A stretch of DNA of 64,000 bases, taken from contig NZ_JBDKSS010000017.1 in assembly GCF_039680535.1 (NCBI RefSeq), positions 47,650 through 111,649 on the forward strand, in the 5' to 3' direction. Under the pieces are notes generated by a model. That model was not told the origin of the DNA. It was given only the letters and a program-made list of their open reading frames with translations, and did not search any database. Source of the DNA: Parvibaculum sp. GTDB lineage: Bacteria > Pseudomonadota > Alphaproteobacteria > Parvibaculales > Parvibaculaceae. Made by a program: the position numbers and the translations under genes. Positions 44,768 through 54,522 of the stretch are shown piece by piece (the stretch's first letter is position 1; each line of letters begins with the position of its first letter).

Positions 44768-46782
44768 TGGGAACCTCGATGAAAAACTTCAGCAAGCTCC
44801 TGGTTGCCAATCGCGGCGAGATCGCGGTGCGCGTCATTCGCTCCGCTCGCGCGCTGGGCTACCGCACCGTCGCCGTCTATTCCGAGGCGGACGCCGGCGC
44901 GCCGCATGTTTCGCTTGCCGACGAGGCTGTGCTGATCGGCCCTGCTCCTGTCGCCTCCTCCTATCTCGATCCGGAACGGCTGCTGAAGGCGGCCGCCGCG
45001 ACCGGCGCGGACGCGGTGCATCCGGGCTACGGCTTTCTTTCCGAGAACGCAAATTTCGCGCGCGCTTGTGCCGAGGCCGGCCTTGTCTTTATCGGCCCGT
45101 CGGCGGACGCCATCCACCTGATGGGCAACAAGGCCGAGGCCAAGCGCCGCATGATCGAAGCGGGCGTTCCCTGCGTGCCCGGCTACGAGGGCAAGGATCA
45201 GGCAGATGCCGCTTTCATCGCGGCGGCGGACAAGATCGGCTTTCCCGTCATGGTGAAGGCTGCTGCCGGCGGCGGTGGCCGCGGAATGCGCCTCGTCGAG
45301 AAGAAGGATCAACTCGCCGCGGCTCTCGCCTCCGCGCGCTCCGAAGCGCTCAACGCTTTCGGCTCCGACGAGCTCATTCTCGAAAAGGCGGTGCGGCAAC
45401 CGCGTCATGTCGAGATACAGGTCTTCGGCGACGCACATGGCAACGTCATCCATCTGGGCGAGCGCGACTGCTCCGTGCAGCGCCGGCATCAGAAAGTGGT
45501 CGAGGAGGCGCCCTGCCCGGTGATGACGCCGGAACTGCGCGAACGCATGGGCGCCGCCGCCGTCGAGGCGGCCCGCAGCATCGGCTACGAAGGCGCCGGC
45601 ACGGTCGAATTCCTGCTCGACGGCAGGGGCGCTTTCTACTTTCTCGAAATGAACACCCGGCTTCAGGTCGAGCATCCGGTGACCGAACTCATCACCGGGC
45701 TCGATCTCGTCGCGCTTCAGCTCCGCGTTGCCCGTGGCGAGCCCCTGCCCCTCGCCCAGAAAGACCTGACGCTGACCGGCCACGCCATCGAAGTGCGCCT
45801 CTACGCGGAAGACCCTTCGAACAATTTTCTGCCGGCGAGCGGACGCGTCGATGTCTGGCAGCCCGCGACCGGCGACGGTATCCGCATCGACCACGGGCTT
45901 CGCGAAGGGCAGGAGATTTCACCTTTCTACGATCCGATGATCGGCAAGGTGATTGCCTGGGGTCATGACCGCGACGAGGCGCGCCGTCGCCTCATCCGCG
46001 CGCTGGAAGAGACCGCCGTTTTCGGCCCCGTCACCAACAAGGATTTCCTCGTCGCCATCCTCGCGCATCCTCGCTTTGCCGCCGGCGAAGCGACGACGGC
46101 TTTCCTGCCCGAGAATTTTGGCGAGGCTGCGCTGCAGAAGGTTCATCCCTCCCGCGCGCAAGCCGCGATCGCCGCCGTGCTCCAGTTTCGCTCCACCCGG
46201 GATCGCCTCGCCGCCAAGGCCGTCGCCTTGACACCACACCTTCGCGACTGGGCGAGCGCCGGCCAGCTCGTCAGCCGCTTCTCCTACATGCTGGATGAAG
46301 AGGCGCCAGCCGAATTCCGCGTCAGCGCATTGGGTCGCGAGACCTATCGCGTCGAAGAGGGAGCCGGCGCCCACACGATCGAGGTTTTGAACGACCAACA
46401 AGGCGTGGCGCGGGTGCTGATCGACAATGTGCAGAAGACGGTTCGCCTCGTCGCCGCCGACAATGGCAGGCTTCATCTGGCAGTCGATGGCCGGAGTTTC
46501 CTCTTCGACAATCTTCTGCTGAAGGGTACTGGTGCCGACGAGGCCGCCTCGAGCGGCAGCGTTCTCGCGCCCATGCATGGCAAGATCCTTCGTCTTCACG
46601 TCGCGGTCGGCCACGCTGTGAGCGAGGGGCAACCGCTCGTCGTTCTCGAAGCCATGAAGATGGAACACGAGATCAACGCGACGGTGAACGGCAAGGTGAC
46701 TGCGGTGAATGTCGCCGAAGGCGATCAGGTGCCGGCGAACACGCTCATCATTGAAATCGAAAAAGCGGCGAGTGGGGCCTGA
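44767..46782 (+). CDS. Acyl-CoA carboxylase biotin carboxylase + BCCP (alpha) subunit
   Basis: KLLVANRGEIAVRVIR, an ATP-grasp core, and the C-terminal biotinylation motif EAMKME. The ATG overlaps the upstream stop (TGATG). Confidence 0.85.
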   Translation: MGTSMKNFSKLLVANRGEIAVRVIRSARALGYRTVAVYSEADAGAPHVSLADEAVLIGPAPVASSYLDPERLLKAAAATGADAVHPGYGFLSENANFARACAEAGLVFIGPSADAIHLMGNKAEAKRRMIEAGVPCVPGYEGKDQADAAFIAAADKIGFPVMVKAAAGGGGRGMRLVEKKDQLAAALASARSEALNAFGSDELILEKAVRQPRHVEIQVFGDAHGNVIHLGERDCSVQRRHQKVVEEAPCPVMTPELRERMGAAAVEAARSIGYEGAGTVEFLLDGRGAFYFLEMNTRLQVEHPVTELITGLDLVALQLRVARGEPLPLAQKDLTLTGHAIEVRLYAEDPSNNFLPASGRVDVWQPATGDGIRIDHGLREGQEISPFYDPMIGKVIAWGHDRDEARRRLIRALEETAVFGPVTNKDFLVAILAHPRFAAGEATTAFLPENFGEAALQKVHPSRAQAAIAAVLQFRSTRDRLAAKAVALTPHLRDWASAGQLVSRFSYMLDEEAPAEFRVSALGRETYRVEEGAGAHTIEVLNDQQGVARVLIDNVQKTVRLVAADNGRLHLAVDGRSFLFDNLLLKGTGADEAASSGSVLAPMHGKILRLHVAVGHAVSEGQPLVVLEAMKMEHEINATVNGKVTAVNVAEGDQVPANTLIIEIEKAASGA

Positions 46783-46783
46783 G

Positions 46784-47395
46784 ATGACGATCAAACTTTA
46801 TCATTGCAAGACGGCGCGCTCGGTCAGGCCGCTCTGGACGCTCGAGGAAATGGGCATTCCCTATGAGCTCGTGTCGATGAAGTTCCCGCCGCGCGTTCTC
46901 CACGAGGGCTATCTCGACATCAACCCGCTCGGCACTGTGCCCACGATGACCGAGGGCGATCTGACGATGACGGAATCGGCGGCGATCTGCCAGTATCTCG
47001 TCGATTGCCATGGCCCTTCCGATCTCGGCCTGACGCCGCAGGACAAGGACTACGGTGTCTATCTCAACTGGCTGCACCGCAGCGACGCGACGCTGACCTT
47101 CCCGCAGACGATCGTGCTGCGCTACACGCAGCTCGAACCCGAAGAGCGCAGACTGAAGCAGGCCGTCGACGACTACACGCAGTGGTTCTTCTCGCGGTTG
47201 AAGAGCGTCGAACGAGCGACGGGCGAGCGCGAATTCCTCTGCGCCGGACGTTTCACGATTGCCGATATCTGTATCGGTTATGCGCTCTATCTCGCCGAGA
47301 CGCTTGGCCTTCGCCCCGGCTTCAAACCGAATACGGAAGCCTATTACCAGCGACTGAGCACGCGGCCCGCCTTCCAGCGCGCCATCGCACTCTGA
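46784..47395 (+). CDS. Glutathione S-transferase
   Basis: I set the start to ATG 46784 (MTIKLYHCKTARSVRPLWTLEE, thioredoxin-like N domain). Length is 203 aa. Confidence 0.8.
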   Translation: MTIKLYHCKTARSVRPLWTLEEMGIPYELVSMKFPPRVLHEGYLDINPLGTVPTMTEGDLTMTESAAICQYLVDCHGPSDLGLTPQDKDYGVYLNWLHRSDATLTFPQTIVLRYTQLEPEERRLKQAVDDYTQWFFSRLKSVERATGEREFLCAGRFTIADICIGYALYLAETLGLRPGFKPNTEAYYQRLSTRPAFQRAIAL

Positions 47396-47409
47396 CGAAG
47401 GGAAACGGG

Positions 47410-48600
47410 ATGTCAGTGAAATTCTCCGACGGCCAGAGCCCCGTGGACTTCGACCATCGCTATATGGGTCCGCTTTATACCGACGATCATCGCGCCTGGC
47501 GCGCAACGCTCCGGAAGTTTGTCGAGACGGAGATGATGCCGCATGTCGACGAATGGGAGGAGGCCGGCGAATTTCCGCGCGAACTCTACAAAAAGGCGGC
47601 TGAAGTCGGCCTGATCGGTCTCGGTTTTCCGGAGGAATATGGCGGTACGCCGGTCAACGATCCGCTGTATTCGATCGTCACCGCCGAAGAGCTTGCCCGT
47701 CTTGGCGCGGGCGGCATCAATGCGAGCCTGATGGTCCATGGCATCGGCTTGCCGCCGGTCCTCGCCATCGGATCGGACGCGATGAAGCGCCGGGTCGCGC
47801 CGCAGGTTCTTGCCGGCGAGAAGATCCACGCGCTCGGGATCACGGAACCGTCCGGTGGATCGGACGTGGCCAATCTCAAGACGCGCGCGGTGCGCGACGG
47901 CGACCACTACATCGTCAACGGATCGAAGATTTTCATCACAGGCGGCATGCGCGCCGACTACTATACGGTCGCGGTGCGAACCGGCGGGCCGGGCGCCAAA
48001 GGCATCTCGCTGCTTCTCCTCGAGCGCGACATGCCGGGCTTCACGCGCACGCCCCTGAAGAAGCAGGGCTGGTGGTCTTCCGATACGGCAGCACTCCATT
48101 TCGACGATGTGCGTGTGCCGGTCGAAAATCGCATCGGCGAGGAAAACAACGGCTTCATCGGCATCATGCTCAATTTCAACAATGAGCGTATCGGCCTTGC
48201 GGCAAGCGCCGTCGCACATGCCCGCGTCTGCTTCGAGGATGCTCTCGCCTGGGCCCGCAGCCGCGAAACATTCGGAAAGCGGCTCGGCGACCATCAGGTG
48301 ATCCGGCACAAATTCGCAGAAATGGCGCGCCACATTGCCGCCACGCAGGCCTATCTCGAGCAATGCGTGGTACGCGTGAAGGCAGGCGAGACGCCGGTCG
48401 CAGATCTTTCGCTGCTGAAGGTGCAGTCGACGCTGACGATGGAACTATGCGCCCGCGAGGCGATGCAGATCATGGGCGGCGCGAGCTATATGCGGGGCTG
48501 CCGGGTGGAGCGCATCTATCGCGAGGTGCGTGTCAATGCAATCGGCGGCGGTTCGGAAGAGATCATGCGCGATCTCGCCGCCCGCCAGCTCGGAATTTGA
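47410..48600 (+). CDS. Acyl-CoA dehydrogenase
   Basis: I set the start to ATG 47410. ACAD C-terminal motif RIYREVRVNAIGGGSEEIMRDL. Confidence 0.8.
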   Translation: MSVKFSDGQSPVDFDHRYMGPLYTDDHRAWRATLRKFVETEMMPHVDEWEEAGEFPRELYKKAAEVGLIGLGFPEEYGGTPVNDPLYSIVTAEELARLGAGGINASLMVHGIGLPPVLAIGSDAMKRRVAPQVLAGEKIHALGITEPSGGSDVANLKTRAVRDGDHYIVNGSKIFITGGMRADYYTVAVRTGGPGAKGISLLLLERDMPGFTRTPLKKQGWWSSDTAALHFDDVRVPVENRIGEENNGFIGIMLNFNNERIGLAASAVAHARVCFEDALAWARSRETFGKRLGDHQVIRHKFAEMARHIAATQAYLEQCVVRVKAGETPVADLSLLKVQSTLTMELCAREAMQIMGGASYMRGCRVERIYREVRVNAIGGGSEEIMRDLAARQLGI

Positions 48601-48616
48601 AAGAGAGGGACGACGA

Positions 48617-49822
48617 ATGAGCCTGAGCAAACAGGAACTCGACGAATTCCGCACGGAAGTTCGGGCCTGGTTCGACGAGAACAAACCCGCCGATCCGGGA
48701 TTTCTTCTGCCGCAATCCTTCATGGAGGTCGGCACCGACGATCAGTTCTATTTCCTGCGCGACTGGCAGCGAAAAGTCTATGAGGCAGGCTATCTCGGCA
48801 TGGCCTGGCCGAAGGAATATGGCGGCGGCGGCAAGCCGCAGGCGCTGCAGGACATCGTGACACGCGAGATGGTGCGCCAGAAAGTGCTCTTCATGACGAA
48901 CACGATCGGCCTCAACTGGGCCGGCCCGCTGATCCTCAACATGGGCACCGAAGAGCAGAAGAAGGCCTATATTCCGGGCATCCTCAGCGCCGACGACATC
49001 TGGTGCCAGGGTTTCTCCGAGCCCGACCACGGCTCCGACCTTGGCAATGCGCAGCTGAAGGCGACGCGCGACGGCAATGAGTTCGTGCTCAACGGCAGCA
49101 AGATCTGGACAAGCCTCGGCAAGCACGCGAAATACATGATCCTGCTCGCGCGCTCGAACGCCAATACCAACAACAAATATGAAGGCCTGAGCTTCTTCCT
49201 GATCCCGATGCGCATTCCGGGCATCGAGGTCGTACCGATCAGGAAGCTCACCGGTGAATACGGCTTCAACCAGACCTTCTTCACCGACGCCCGCATTTCC
49301 GACACCTGCCTCATCGGCAAGGAAGGCGGCGGCTGGCAGGTCGCAATGGCGACGCTCGCCTTCGAGCGCGGCGCGGTCGGCGGACAGGCCGGCGGTCATT
49401 CGATGATGAGCAAGGAAGTCTCGGAGGTCGTAGCGCTTGCCCGCACCGCGCAGCGCAACGGGCGACCGGCCATCGAAGATCCGCAGATCCGCGACAGGCT
49501 CGTCCAGTTCATCATGGAAGAACGTGCACAGTCGCTGAACTCGGCCCGCGCGAAGGTAAAGGCGCTGACCTCGGAGCGGCCCTTCTCGATCCCGATGTCG
49601 GCGAAGCTCGTCGGCAGCGAATACCAGCGCCGCCTGAACCAGTTCGCGCTCTCGCTGCAGGGAGCGAACGCCGCCTATTACGTCGGCGACGATCTCGCCT
49701 ATGACCGCGGCCTCTGGCAGCGCTCCTACTTCAACGCCTTCTCCGCGACCATCGGCGGCGGCACATCGGAAATTCAGCACAACATCATTGGCGAGCGCGT
49801 TCTCGGCCTGCCGAAAAGCTAA
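48617..49822 (+). CDS. Acyl-CoA dehydrogenase family protein
   Basis: I set the start to ATG 48617. Motif TIGGGTSEIQHNIIGERVLGLP. Confidence 0.8.
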   Translation: MSLSKQELDEFRTEVRAWFDENKPADPGFLLPQSFMEVGTDDQFYFLRDWQRKVYEAGYLGMAWPKEYGGGGKPQALQDIVTREMVRQKVLFMTNTIGLNWAGPLILNMGTEEQKKAYIPGILSADDIWCQGFSEPDHGSDLGNAQLKATRDGNEFVLNGSKIWTSLGKHAKYMILLARSNANTNNKYEGLSFFLIPMRIPGIEVVPIRKLTGEYGFNQTFFTDARISDTCLIGKEGGGWQVAMATLAFERGAVGGQAGGHSMMSKEVSEVVALARTAQRNGRPAIEDPQIRDRLVQFIMEERAQSLNSARAKVKALTSERPFSIPMSAKLVGSEYQRRLNQFALSLQGANAAYYVGDDLAYDRGLWQRSYFNAFSATIGGGTSEIQHNIIGERVLGLPKS

Positions 49823-49837
49823 GTGAGGCGTGAAACA

Positions 49838-50968
49838 ATGTTGGACACAAACAAACGACCGACCATCCAGTTCAGCGACGAACAGGAGCAACTGCTCGAA
49901 GTCGCGACCAGCTTCTGCCTCGACAAATTCCCCGCCGACCGCGTCCGTGCGCGTATCGCAGCGGCGGAGGATTTCGATAAAGGCGTATGGGGCGAAATGG
50001 CCGCGCTAGGCTGGCTCGGCGTTGCCGTGCCGGAGGAATTCGGCGGCAGTGGCCTCGGCCTTGCCGAGGTCGTGACGCTCGTCGAGCCTATGGGCCGCGC
50101 CCTCGCCGGCACGCCGCTCGTCTCGACGACGCTGGTTGCACAGGCCCTTCTCAAGGGCGGCACCCAGGCGCAAAAGAACGAGTGGCTACCAAAGATCTGC
50201 GAAGGCGCCATTGGCGCTCTCGCGCTGACGGAGCCGCATGGCGACTGGGACCTCGCCAACCTGACCTGCAAGGCGGCACGGCAGGCCGACAAGCTTGCCC
50301 TTTCCGGTATCAAGACCTTTGTGACGGATGCGGCTTCCGCCGATCTCACCATCGTCTCGGTCTCGCTGGACGGCAAACCCGCTCTCGTTCTTCTCGACAA
50401 GGCGGCACTCGGCGCCGCGAAGATCGAACGTGAGATCGTCATCGACGAGACCCGGCGCTCTTATCGGCTGAAGCTCGACGGCATCACCGTCCCCGCCAGC
50501 GCTCTTCTCGATCCGTCGAAAGCCGGTGCCACGCTCGCACATCTGGAGCAGGCGGCTTGCCTCCTCCTCTCCGCCGAAGCCTGCGGCGGCGCAAGCGGCG
50601 TCATCGACGTCACGGTCGAATATCTGAAGTCGCGCAAGCAGTTCGAGAAATACATCGGTTCCTATCAGGCGCTGAAACATCCGACGGTCGACGCCCTGCT
50701 CGCCATGGAAGCGGTCCGCTCCCACCTCTATTTCGCCGCGACGGTGATCGGCGAAGGCGAGGATGGCGAGATCGCGGTCCGCATGGCCAAGGCCCAGTCG
50801 AGCGACGCGCTCGCCTTCGCCTCCGACCGCGCGATCCAGTTTCACGGCGGTTTCGGCTTCACCTATGATTGCGACGCGCAACTCTATCGCCGTCGCGGCA
50901 TCTGGTGCGAAGCCCAGTTCGGCGATGCGGCGCATCATCGCCGCATCCTTGCGGACATGCTGCTGTGA
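49838..50968 (+). CDS. Acyl-CoA dehydrogenase family protein (probable partner subunit of the preceding one)
   Basis: I set the start to ATG 49838, 15 nt after the upstream stop. Motif QFHGGFGFTYDCDAQLYRRR. Confidence 0.75.
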   Translation: MLDTNKRPTIQFSDEQEQLLEVATSFCLDKFPADRVRARIAAAEDFDKGVWGEMAALGWLGVAVPEEFGGSGLGLAEVVTLVEPMGRALAGTPLVSTTLVAQALLKGGTQAQKNEWLPKICEGAIGALALTEPHGDWDLANLTCKAARQADKLALSGIKTFVTDAASADLTIVSVSLDGKPALVLLDKAALGAAKIEREIVIDETRRSYRLKLDGITVPASALLDPSKAGATLAHLEQAACLLLSAEACGGASGVIDVTVEYLKSRKQFEKYIGSYQALKHPTVDALLAMEAVRSHLYFAATVIGEGEDGEIAVRMAKAQSSDALAFASDRAIQFHGGFGFTYDCDAQLYRRRGIWCEAQFGDAAHHRRILADMLL

Positions 50969-50974
50969 TGTGAG

Positions 50975-52248
50975 CTATGCCTTCGGCGCGGCCGCAAGTG
51001 TCGCGTCGAAGGAGAGCAGCGCGTCGAGGAGAACCGCGCACAACCGGCAGCGCAATCTTCCGACGTCGCCCACTCCGCCTCGTTGTGGCTGAGCCCGTCC
51101 TTGCAAGGAACGAAGATCATCGAAGTGGGTGCGACCCGCGCCATGTAGACGGCGTCATGCCCTGCCCCAGAAATGATGTCGCGATGCGGGAGCCCGCGCT
51201 TCTCCGCCGCGTCGCGCACCATGCCGACGCTCGCCGCATCGAACTCAAGACCGCCGGGGTGTGAGCGATCTCCTTGAAGTCGAGCGCCAGACGATGGCCG
51301 GCGGCGATCTTCGCCGCTGCGCCCGCGAAGGTCTTTCCCATCTCGGCGAGAACGGTATCGTCCGGATGGCGAAGGTCGACGCACATGAAGACCTCGCCGG
51401 TGATGACGTTGCGGCCATTGGGCGCTGCGGTCAGGAACCCGACGGTACCCCGACCGAGCGGCCCGACGTCGCGCGCGACACGATCAACCTCGCGGATAAT
51501 GTCTGCGGCGCCAAGCAACGCATCGCGCCGCGCTTCCATCGGCGTCGTGCCGGCATGCGCATCCTGGCCGACAAGCTTCAGCTCGTACCAGCGGAACGCC
51601 TGCACGCCGGTTACCACGCCGATCGCCTTCTTTTCCGCTTCGAGAACGGGGCCCTGCTCGATGTGCAGTTCGAAGAAGGCGGAGACCGGGCGCCCACCCA
51701 CTTCATCCTCGCCTTCGTAACCGATGCGCTTCAGCTCCTCGCCCAGCGTCTTTCCATCCTTGTCGATCCGCGCCTTGGCCGTCTCCATCGGGATCGCGCC
51801 CGCGAAGACGCCGGATGAAACCATGGCAGGCGAGAAACGCGAGCCCTCCTCGTTGGTCCACACGGCCACCTCTACCGGGCGTCACGTAGTCGAGATCGTG
51901 CAGCGTCCGCAGGACTTCGAGCCCGGCCATGACGCCCAGAATACCATCGAACTTTCCGCCCGTCGGCACGGTGTCGAGATGGCTGCCGTTCATGATCGGC
52001 GGCAAAGAATTGTCGAGGCCGGCACGGCGCGCGAAGATATTGCCCATCCGGTCGATGCGGATCGTGCAACCCACTTCCTCGCACCAGCGAATGAAAAGAT
52101 CGCGACCCTGCCGGTCCTCATCCGACAGAGCGAGGCGGCAGACGCCGCCCTTCGGCGTCGCGCCGATCTCTCCGATTTCCATCAGGCTCTGCCACAATCG
52201 GTCGCCATTGACCGACAGATTGGTGACGGAAGGATTGGTCTCGCTCAT
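50975..52248 (-). pseudogene. M20-family amidase (N-carbamoyl-L-amino-acid hydrolase / allantoate amidohydrolase type) disrupted by three frameshifts
   Basis: Homology runs through three listed ORFs (51703..52248, 51117..51869, 50935..51384) and then a fourth frame for the last ~25 aa (AAGCAVLLDALLSFDATLAAAPKA-stop). The frame breaks lie near 51876-51885, 51250-51262 and 51035-51040. Confidence 0.75.
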
Positions 52249-53117
52249 AACGGATCCCGCTTCAAGGACTGACAGAGGCAGTGTGGGCCGCCGCCGCCCA
52301 GAGTGTACATCGAAAGGTCGGGCGCGAAGACCTCGATGCCGTGCGCCCTCATGCGAGCGTTGAGATCGACATTCTCCGCCGTCGAGAGAGCGCGATCGTT
52401 GCCGAGGCTGACAAGGTTACAGCCAAGCTTCATGGCGTCCTTGTAGGAGACAGGAAGAATCTCGTACCCCCGCCCGCGCAGCAACTCGATGAACCAGGGC
52501 TGGTGGGCATCCTCGCAGACCGCGACGAGCTTCGGCGCGATAAAGCCGACCGAAACGTCGAGATGAACGAAATAGGGGGGAAACGGCACGGCATGCGCTT
52601 CCCAGCCCTCGGCACGGAACCACGAGACAACTTGTTCGGCGCCTTCTTTTTCCGAGCGCTCGCCGCCATAGCCGCACAGCACGAAACCGGGTTCGACGAC
52701 CATGAAATCGCCGCCTTCGAAATGGCCGGCGGTCACCATGTTCCAGATCGGAATGCCGTGGTCCTGATAGAATTTCAGCACCAGCGAATAATCGCCCCGA
52801 CGATACTTCGTCTGCATCATCGTCACGACGGCGCCGAACGGCGTCATGAAACTCGAGTCGCGCGCGAAGACGCTATATTTGAGTTCCGGCTTCGCCTCGA
52901 GCCAATGACAGGTGACGCCGGCGCTCTCATAGGCATCGACCATTTCGCGATGCTGGGAGATCGCGGTCTGCGCATCAAATTTAAGATCGAGCGCCAGCGT
53001 CTGCCGCGCCACAGCACTCACAGGCCGCCATTCGAAGAAATCCGGGGCGCCGAGAAGGACATGACGCAGCACGCCCGTTTCGGAATCGATGCCCCAGGGG
53101 ATCGAAGGAGAACTCAT
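52245..53117 (-). CDS. Amidinotransferase/arginine-deiminase/DDAH-superfamily protein
   Basis: I set the start to ATG 53117 (MSSPSIPWG). The C-terminal GGGGPHCLCQSL contains the superfamily catalytic Cys. Confidence 0.7.
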   Translation of the reverse strand: MSSPSIPWGIDSETGVLRHVLLGAPDFFEWRPVSAVARQTLALDLKFDAQTAISQHREMVDAYESAGVTCHWLEAKPELKYSVFARDSSFMTPFGAVVTMMQTKYRRGDYSLVLKFYQDHGIPIWNMVTAGHFEGGDFMVVEPGFVLCGYGGERSEKEGAEQVVSWFRAEGWEAHAVPFPPYFVHLDVSVGFIAPKLVAVCEDAHQPWFIELLRGRGYEILPVSYKDAMKLGCNLVSLGNDRALSTAENVDLNARMRAHGIEVFAPDLSMYTLGGGGPHCLCQSLKRDPL

Positions 53118-53719
53118 CAGAAAACCTCGTAATGCGCCTCCGTCGGCGCTCCGTCGTTGATGCAGATGATGTCCTGCGGGCAGGCCGACATCGCGACGAT
53201 ACAATCCATCTCGGCCCGGAGGACGACATAATCGCCGGGCTTTGAAACAGGCTTCTCCCAGCCGATCTCGCCGTTGACAAAGGGGATGTTCATCCAGAGA
53301 TTGAATGGCGACGGCGTTTCGGGCGGTGTCAATCCAAGCTCGGCAAGACCGGCTTTCAGATTGTCCTGACAATTGTCGTGATAGGTTTCGACGCCGAGAC
53401 CCTGATACCGATAGATGTCGCAGGCAGCGATCAACGTATCGTGGATGCCGGGCGAGGTATCCTCGACAAGCGTCAGGATCGGACGCCGGTGATTGGTGAC
53501 AAGCTTGTCGCCGGGCCTCGGGATGACCCGGTCGATGGCTGCACGCATGTGCTCCATCGACAGGAATTCGGTGAGATCATGCGCGTTGAAAGCCCAGGTA
53601 TCAACGACTTGATGGCCATGCGTATTGATGATGCGGATCGACTGCCCCGCCTTCAGGCGGACCGCCTTGCCAGTACGCGGCGGCACACGATGCCGCGTCT
53701 CCTCTGCGACGGCGTTCAT
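53117..53719 (-). CDS. DUF1989 (urea-carboxylase-associated) family protein
   Basis: I set the start to ATG 53719 (MNAVAEETRHRVPPRTGKAVRLKAGQ), which overlaps the upstream stop (ATGA). Length is 200 aa. Confidence 0.7.
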   Translation of the reverse strand: MNAVAEETRHRVPPRTGKAVRLKAGQSIRIINTHGHQVVDTWAFNAHDLTEFLSMEHMRAAIDRVIPRPGDKLVTNHRRPILTLVEDTSPGIHDTLIAACDIYRYQGLGVETYHDNCQDNLKAGLAELGLTPPETPSPFNLWMNIPFVNGEIGWEKPVSKPGDYVVLRAEMDCIVAMSACPQDIICINDGAPTEAHYEVF

Positions 53720-54513
53720 CCCTTCACCTTTACGTTCGGGAATTCCTTCAGGATCGCCTCGGTAACGCCTTTGGCATAATCCTCGGCCAGCAACACGCCC
53801 TTCGCCGCATCGGCACCCTTTGCCGGCGAAAGCACACCGGAGCAGGGCACCCATCCCGTGCGTGTCGGATACATGTCGTAGGCGGGGAAATGCGCCATAT
53901 CATCGGTCGGAATGGCGCTCTCGTCGACGAGATGCGGGAAATGATGAAGCATCAGCGATGTCTCCATCACAGCGGCATGTTCGAGCGCATAGCCGGGAAA
54001 CCCGTCGGGGAAGACCTTGTCGAGCGTTTCCTGCGTCGTGAAATCCCAATATTCGAGGCGCAACACCTCGAAATCCTTGATGCCGTCATAACGCAGTTCG
54101 CGCAGCGCGAGATCGATGCCCTCGATGGTGAACATCATGTTCTCGTAATGGCCGTTGATGAGCGCCATCTTTCGCACGCCGTGGCGCGCGAATTCCTTGA
54201 TGACGTCGCGCAGAACATGCGCGAGCGTGTCGGCATCGAGACTGGTCGTGCCGCAGAAATGATTGCCGCCGCCCATTTTCGGCTGCGACTTGTAACCAAA
54301 GGCAACGACAGGCGCGACGATAGCATCGATCTTCTTCGCAACGTCGAGCGCGACGGCGGTCGACAGCATCGCATCGGTGCCCATCGGCAGATGCGGCCCG
54401 TGCTGCTCCGTGGCACCGACCGGCAGGATGATCAACGCTCCCTTGTCGATCCGCTCCTTGTAGGTCGTCCAGCTCATCTCGTTCATCAGCAGGCGGTCGC
54501 TCATTCGCATCAC
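53716..54513 (-). CDS. Creatininase-family amidohydrolase
   Basis: ILPVGATEQHGPHLPMGTD metal-binding motif. Confidence 0.8.
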   Translation of the reverse strand: MMRMSDRLLMNEMSWTTYKERIDKGALIILPVGATEQHGPHLPMGTDAMLSTAVALDVAKKIDAIVAPVVAFGYKSQPKMGGGNHFCGTTSLDADTLAHVLRDVIKEFARHGVRKMALINGHYENMMFTIEGIDLALRELRYDGIKDFEVLRLEYWDFTTQETLDKVFPDGFPGYALEHAAVMETSLMLHHFPHLVDESAIPTDDMAHFPAYDMYPTRTGWVPCSGVLSPAKGADAAKGVLLAEDYAKGVTEAILKEFPNVKVKG

Positions 54514-54522
54514 TCCTTTTCG

